From the NCBI GenBank assembly GCA_965248835.1, contig CBDFLJ010000001.1, forward strand, positions 2,112,001 to 2,176,000: a stretch of 64,000 nucleotides of DNA, given 5' to 3'. The notes beneath the pieces were generated by a model, which was given only the letters and a program-made list of their open reading frames with translations, did not search any database and was not told where the DNA came from. The translations under genes and the position numbers were made by a program. This DNA comes from Alphaproteobacteria bacterium. GTDB taxonomy: Bacteria > Pseudomonadota > Alphaproteobacteria > MPNO01. The stretch's first letter is position 1; every line of letters starts with the position of its first letter. Below are positions 61,166 to 64,000 of the stretch, piece after piece.

Positions 61166-62422
61166 ATGCGTTTGTTTCCATTGGTCGCAATCGTCGTCTC
61201 GGCCCTTGCCGTCACCACCGCGTGGGGGCAGGGCGTCCAGCGGATCGCCGCGGTGGTCAATGACGATGTCGTCTCGATCCACGACGTCAGGCAGCGCGCC
61301 CAATTGGCGATCTTCAGCAGCGGCATCCCCGACACCGCGGAGAACCGGCAGAGAATCGCAAGCCAGGTCCTGCGCGCCCTGATCGACGAGCGGCTGCAAC
61401 TGCAGGAAGCGAAGAAGCGCAGCATCTCGATCTCCCGGCGTGAGATCCGCGGCGGCATCGCCGAGATCGAAAAACGCAACCGCCTGGAGCCCGGCGCGCT
61501 CGAGAAGACGCTGCGCGACAACGGGCTGGGCTTTCAGACCATGGTCGACCAGATTACCGCGGGCATCGCCTGGCAAAAGCTGGTGCAGCGACGGCTGAGC
61601 CCGCGAATTTCCATCGGCGATGACGAGGTCGCCGAGGTGATCGCGCGCCTCAAGGCCACCAGGGGCCAGGACGAATATCGTCTGGCGGAGATCTATTTGG
61701 CCGTGGATTCGCCCGATGATGAGGCCGCCATCCGCCAGACCGCGGAACGGATGGTCGAGCAGATCCGCGCCGGCGCCCGGTTCGACGCGCTGGCGCGCGA
61801 GTTCTCCCAGAGTGCGACGGCCGCGGTCGGCGGCGATCTTGGCTGGGCGGCGCTGTCGGAAATCGACCCTGAAATCGTCGCGGCGATCAAGGAAATGGAG
61901 GAGGGCACGGTGCTCGATCCGGTGCGCACCCTGTCCGGGTTCCGCATCATCGCCCTGATCAGCAAGCGCAAGGTCGCGACCGCCGATCCGAAGGACATCA
62001 AGGTAACCTTGCGCCAAGTCTTGGCGCCGATCGAAGAGGGGGCCGGCGAGGGCGATATCGCGGCGAAGATCGACCGCGCAAATTCCGCGCGGGCCACGGT
62101 CTCGGGCTGTGATGAAGCGCCGGCGCTGGCCCGGCGCCTGGACGCCGAGACGCCCCTCGACCTCGGGACGCTGGCCATGGCCGACCTGTCGCCCCAGATC
62201 CGCAAGGCTATCTCCGGCGTCGCCGTCGGCGGCACGTCCGAGCCCGTGCGCGTGCCCGGCGGGCTGGTCATGCTGATGGTCTGCGACCGCCAGGCTCCGA
62301 TTGTTTCGCTGCCCGATGACCAGACCGTCCTCGACCAGATCCGCAACCGCCGGCTCGACCTGATGGCGCGGCGCTACCTTCGCGACCTGCGGCGCGCGGC
62401 GGTCATCGATGTCCGCGTCTGA
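61166..62422 (+). CDS. surA: SurA-type peptidylprolyl isomerase chaperone
   Basis: Signal peptide, IAAVVND, LIDERLQLQEA, FSQS..GGDLGW. Confidence 0.92.
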   Translation: MRLFPLVAIVVSALAVTTAWGQGVQRIAAVVNDDVVSIHDVRQRAQLAIFSSGIPDTAENRQRIASQVLRALIDERLQLQEAKKRSISISRREIRGGIAEIEKRNRLEPGALEKTLRDNGLGFQTMVDQITAGIAWQKLVQRRLSPRISIGDDEVAEVIARLKATRGQDEYRLAEIYLAVDSPDDEAAIRQTAERMVEQIRAGARFDALAREFSQSATAAVGGDLGWAALSEIDPEIVAAIKEMEEGTVLDPVRTLSGFRIIALISKRKVATADPKDIKVTLRQVLAPIEEGAGEGDIAAKIDRANSARATVSGCDEAPALARRLDAETPLDLGTLAMADLSPQIRKAISGVAVGGTSEPVRVPGGLVMLMVCDRQAPIVSLPDDQTVLDQIRNRRLDLMARRYLRDLRRAAVIDVRV

Positions 62423-62433
62423 GGCGGCTTAGC

Positions 62434-63477
62434 GTGCCCGAAGCCACAACGCGCCCGCTCGCCCTGACCATGGGCGACCCCGCCGGGATCGGCGGCGAGA
62501 TCGCGCTCAAGGCCTGGCAGAGGCTGCGCCGGTCCGACGACGCCGCGGTTTTCGTCTATCTGGGCGCACCCGACCCCCTGCGGGACCTGGCGGCCGGCAT
62601 GGGCCTCGCGGCCGAGATCCGCACGGTCTCCGCCCCCGCCGAGGCCTTGCGCGTCTTCGCCGATGCCCTCCCGGTCCTGCCGGTCGAGACCGCGGCGCCG
62701 GTCCGGCCGGGCATTCCGGACCCGGCCAACGCGCCGGCGGTGATCGCAGCGATCGATCGCGCGGTCGCGCTGGCGCGCGGCGGCGAGGTCGCCGGCGTTG
62801 TGACCAACCCGATCAACAAGGCGGTTCTCTACCGGCACGGCTTTCGCCATCCCGGACATACCGAATATCTCGCCCATCTGTGCGGCATCGCCACGCCGCC
62901 GGTGATGATGCTGGTCTCCGAGCAGCTCCGCGTCGTCCCGGTGACCATCCACCTCGCCCTTGCCGAGGCGATCAAAAGCCTCACGGCCGAGGCGATCATC
63001 GCCTGTGGCAGGATCACCGCGGCGGGGCTGGTCGACGATTTCGGCGTCAGCGCGCCGCGGATCGCCGTGGCCGGGCTCAATCCCCATGCCGGGGAGGCGG
63101 GGCACCTGGGTCGCGAGGAGATCGAGATCATCGCCCCGGCGGTGGCGGCGCTGCGGGCCGACGGTATCGCGGTCGCGGATCTGGCGCCGGCGGACACCCT
63201 GTTCCACGAGCGCGCGCGGCAAGGCTACGATGCGGTCCTTTGCATGTATCACGACCAGGCGCTGATCCCGCTGAAAACGCTCGACTTCGACGGCGGGGTG
63301 AACGTCACCTTGGGGCTGCCGATCGTGCGCGCCTCGCCGGATCATGGGACGGCTTTCGACATCGCCGGCCGCTTCATTGCCCGGCCGGACAGCCTGATCG
63401 CGTCGCTGCGGCTCGCAGCGCGGATGGCAGCGACCCGCGCCCGCGCCGAGCCGCGCCCGTGGAGCGTCCTTGCCTGA
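62434..63477 (+). CDS. pdxA: 4-hydroxythreonine-4-phosphate dehydrogenase
   Basis: [30 protein letters not shown]. Confidence 0.97.
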   Translation: MPEATTRPLALTMGDPAGIGGEIALKAWQRLRRSDDAAVFVYLGAPDPLRDLAAGMGLAAEIRTVSAPAEALRVFADALPVLPVETAAPVRPGIPDPANAPAVIAAIDRAVALARGGEVAGVVTNPINKAVLYRHGFRHPGHTEYLAHLCGIATPPVMMLVSEQLRVVPVTIHLALAEAIKSLTAEAIIACGRITAAGLVDDFGVSAPRIAVAGLNPHAGEAGHLGREEIEIIAPAVAALRADGIAVADLAPADTLFHERARQGYDAVLCMYHDQALIPLKTLDFDGGVNVTLGLPIVRASPDHGTAFDIAGRFIARPDSLIASLRLAARMAATRARAEPRPWSVLA

Positions 63478-64000
63478 GGCGCTGCCGCCGCTCAGGGACC
63501 TGATCGCCCGGCATGGCCTGGGCGCCAGGAAGAAGCTGGGCCAGCATTTCCTGCTCGACCTCAACCTCACCCGCCGGATCGCCCAGGCCGCGGGCCCGCT
63601 TGCCGGTCGAACGGTGGTCGAGATCGGCCCGGGTCCGGGCGGACTGACCCGCGCGCTCCTGGAGACCGAGGCGGCCCGGGTCATCGCGATCGAGCGCGAC
63701 AAACGCTGCATTGCGGCCTTGGACGAGCTCGCTCGGGCCTGCCCCGGCCGGCTGGAACTGGTCGAGGCCGACGCGCTGGAGGTCGATCTCTCTCGTTTCG
63801 GGCGCGACCTCGCGGTGGTCGCGAACCTGCCCTACAACATCGCCACACCGCTCCTGATCGGCTGGCTGCGGTCGATCGGCGTCATCGCCGCGATGACCCT
63901 GATGTTCCAGAAGGAAGTCGCCGAGCGCATTCTGGCCGCGCCGGGAAGCGCCGCCTACGGCCGGCTGGCGGTCATCACCCAATGGCTGTGCACGCCTCGG
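63470..64000 (+). CDS. rsmA: 16S rRNA adenine dimethyltransferase, 3'-truncated by window edge
   Basis: [33 protein letters not shown]; TTG start after GGAG. Confidence 0.95.
   Translation, partial: MPEALPPLRDLIARHGLGARKKLGQHFLLDLNLTRRIAQAAGPLAGRTVVEIGPGPGGLTRALLETEAARVIAIERDKRCIAALDELARACPGRLELVEADALEVDLSRFGRDLAVVANLPYNIATPLLIGWLRSIGVIAAMTLMFQKEVAERILAAPGSAAYGRLAVITQWLCTPR

Noticed and set aside
1-64000. CRISPR arrays, rRNA, riboswitches, retron or DGR-type repeats
   Set aside because: No regularly spaced repeats, reverse transcriptase or recognisable structured RNA seen by eye; a covariance-model scan would be needed to exclude small RNAs

Overview
GC-rich alphaproteobacterial chromosome segment (Rhodospirillales-like, inferred from gene order) in four parts. 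(1) 1-9.2 kb: two TRAP transporter operons around a solo molybdopterin oxidoreductase large subunit and an atypical crotonase. (2) 9.2-21.3 kb: a heavily decayed island ending at the 3' end of tRNA-Ser(GCT). It holds IS3 and IS1380 pieces, two recombinase-module remnants, phage portal and lysozyme remnants, a split and partly inverted autotransporter, and apparently intact cargo (two lipoproteins, a DUF4145 protein, an AAA+ ATPase). (3) 21.6-29.9 kb: an 8-kb block (LLM oxidoreductase, amide/urea-type ABC transporter, amidase) bracketed by a diverged direct repeat of the 3' end of a GST gene, with a relaxase-helicase scar at one junction. (4) 29.8-64 kb: conserved core backbone (gatCAB, ruvX, plsY, dprA, topA, rnr, rpmG, aspS, rnd, hda, purMN, ndk, holC, pepA, surA, pdxA, rsmA). 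Three normally syntenic blocks (pyrB-pyrC, ppk-ppx, lptF-lptG-lptD) are absent from their usual slots and unrelated metabolic genes sit there instead. purM appears to start at ATT. No CRISPR array, rRNA or intact integrase was seen. All product calls come from motif recognition by eye, not database searches.
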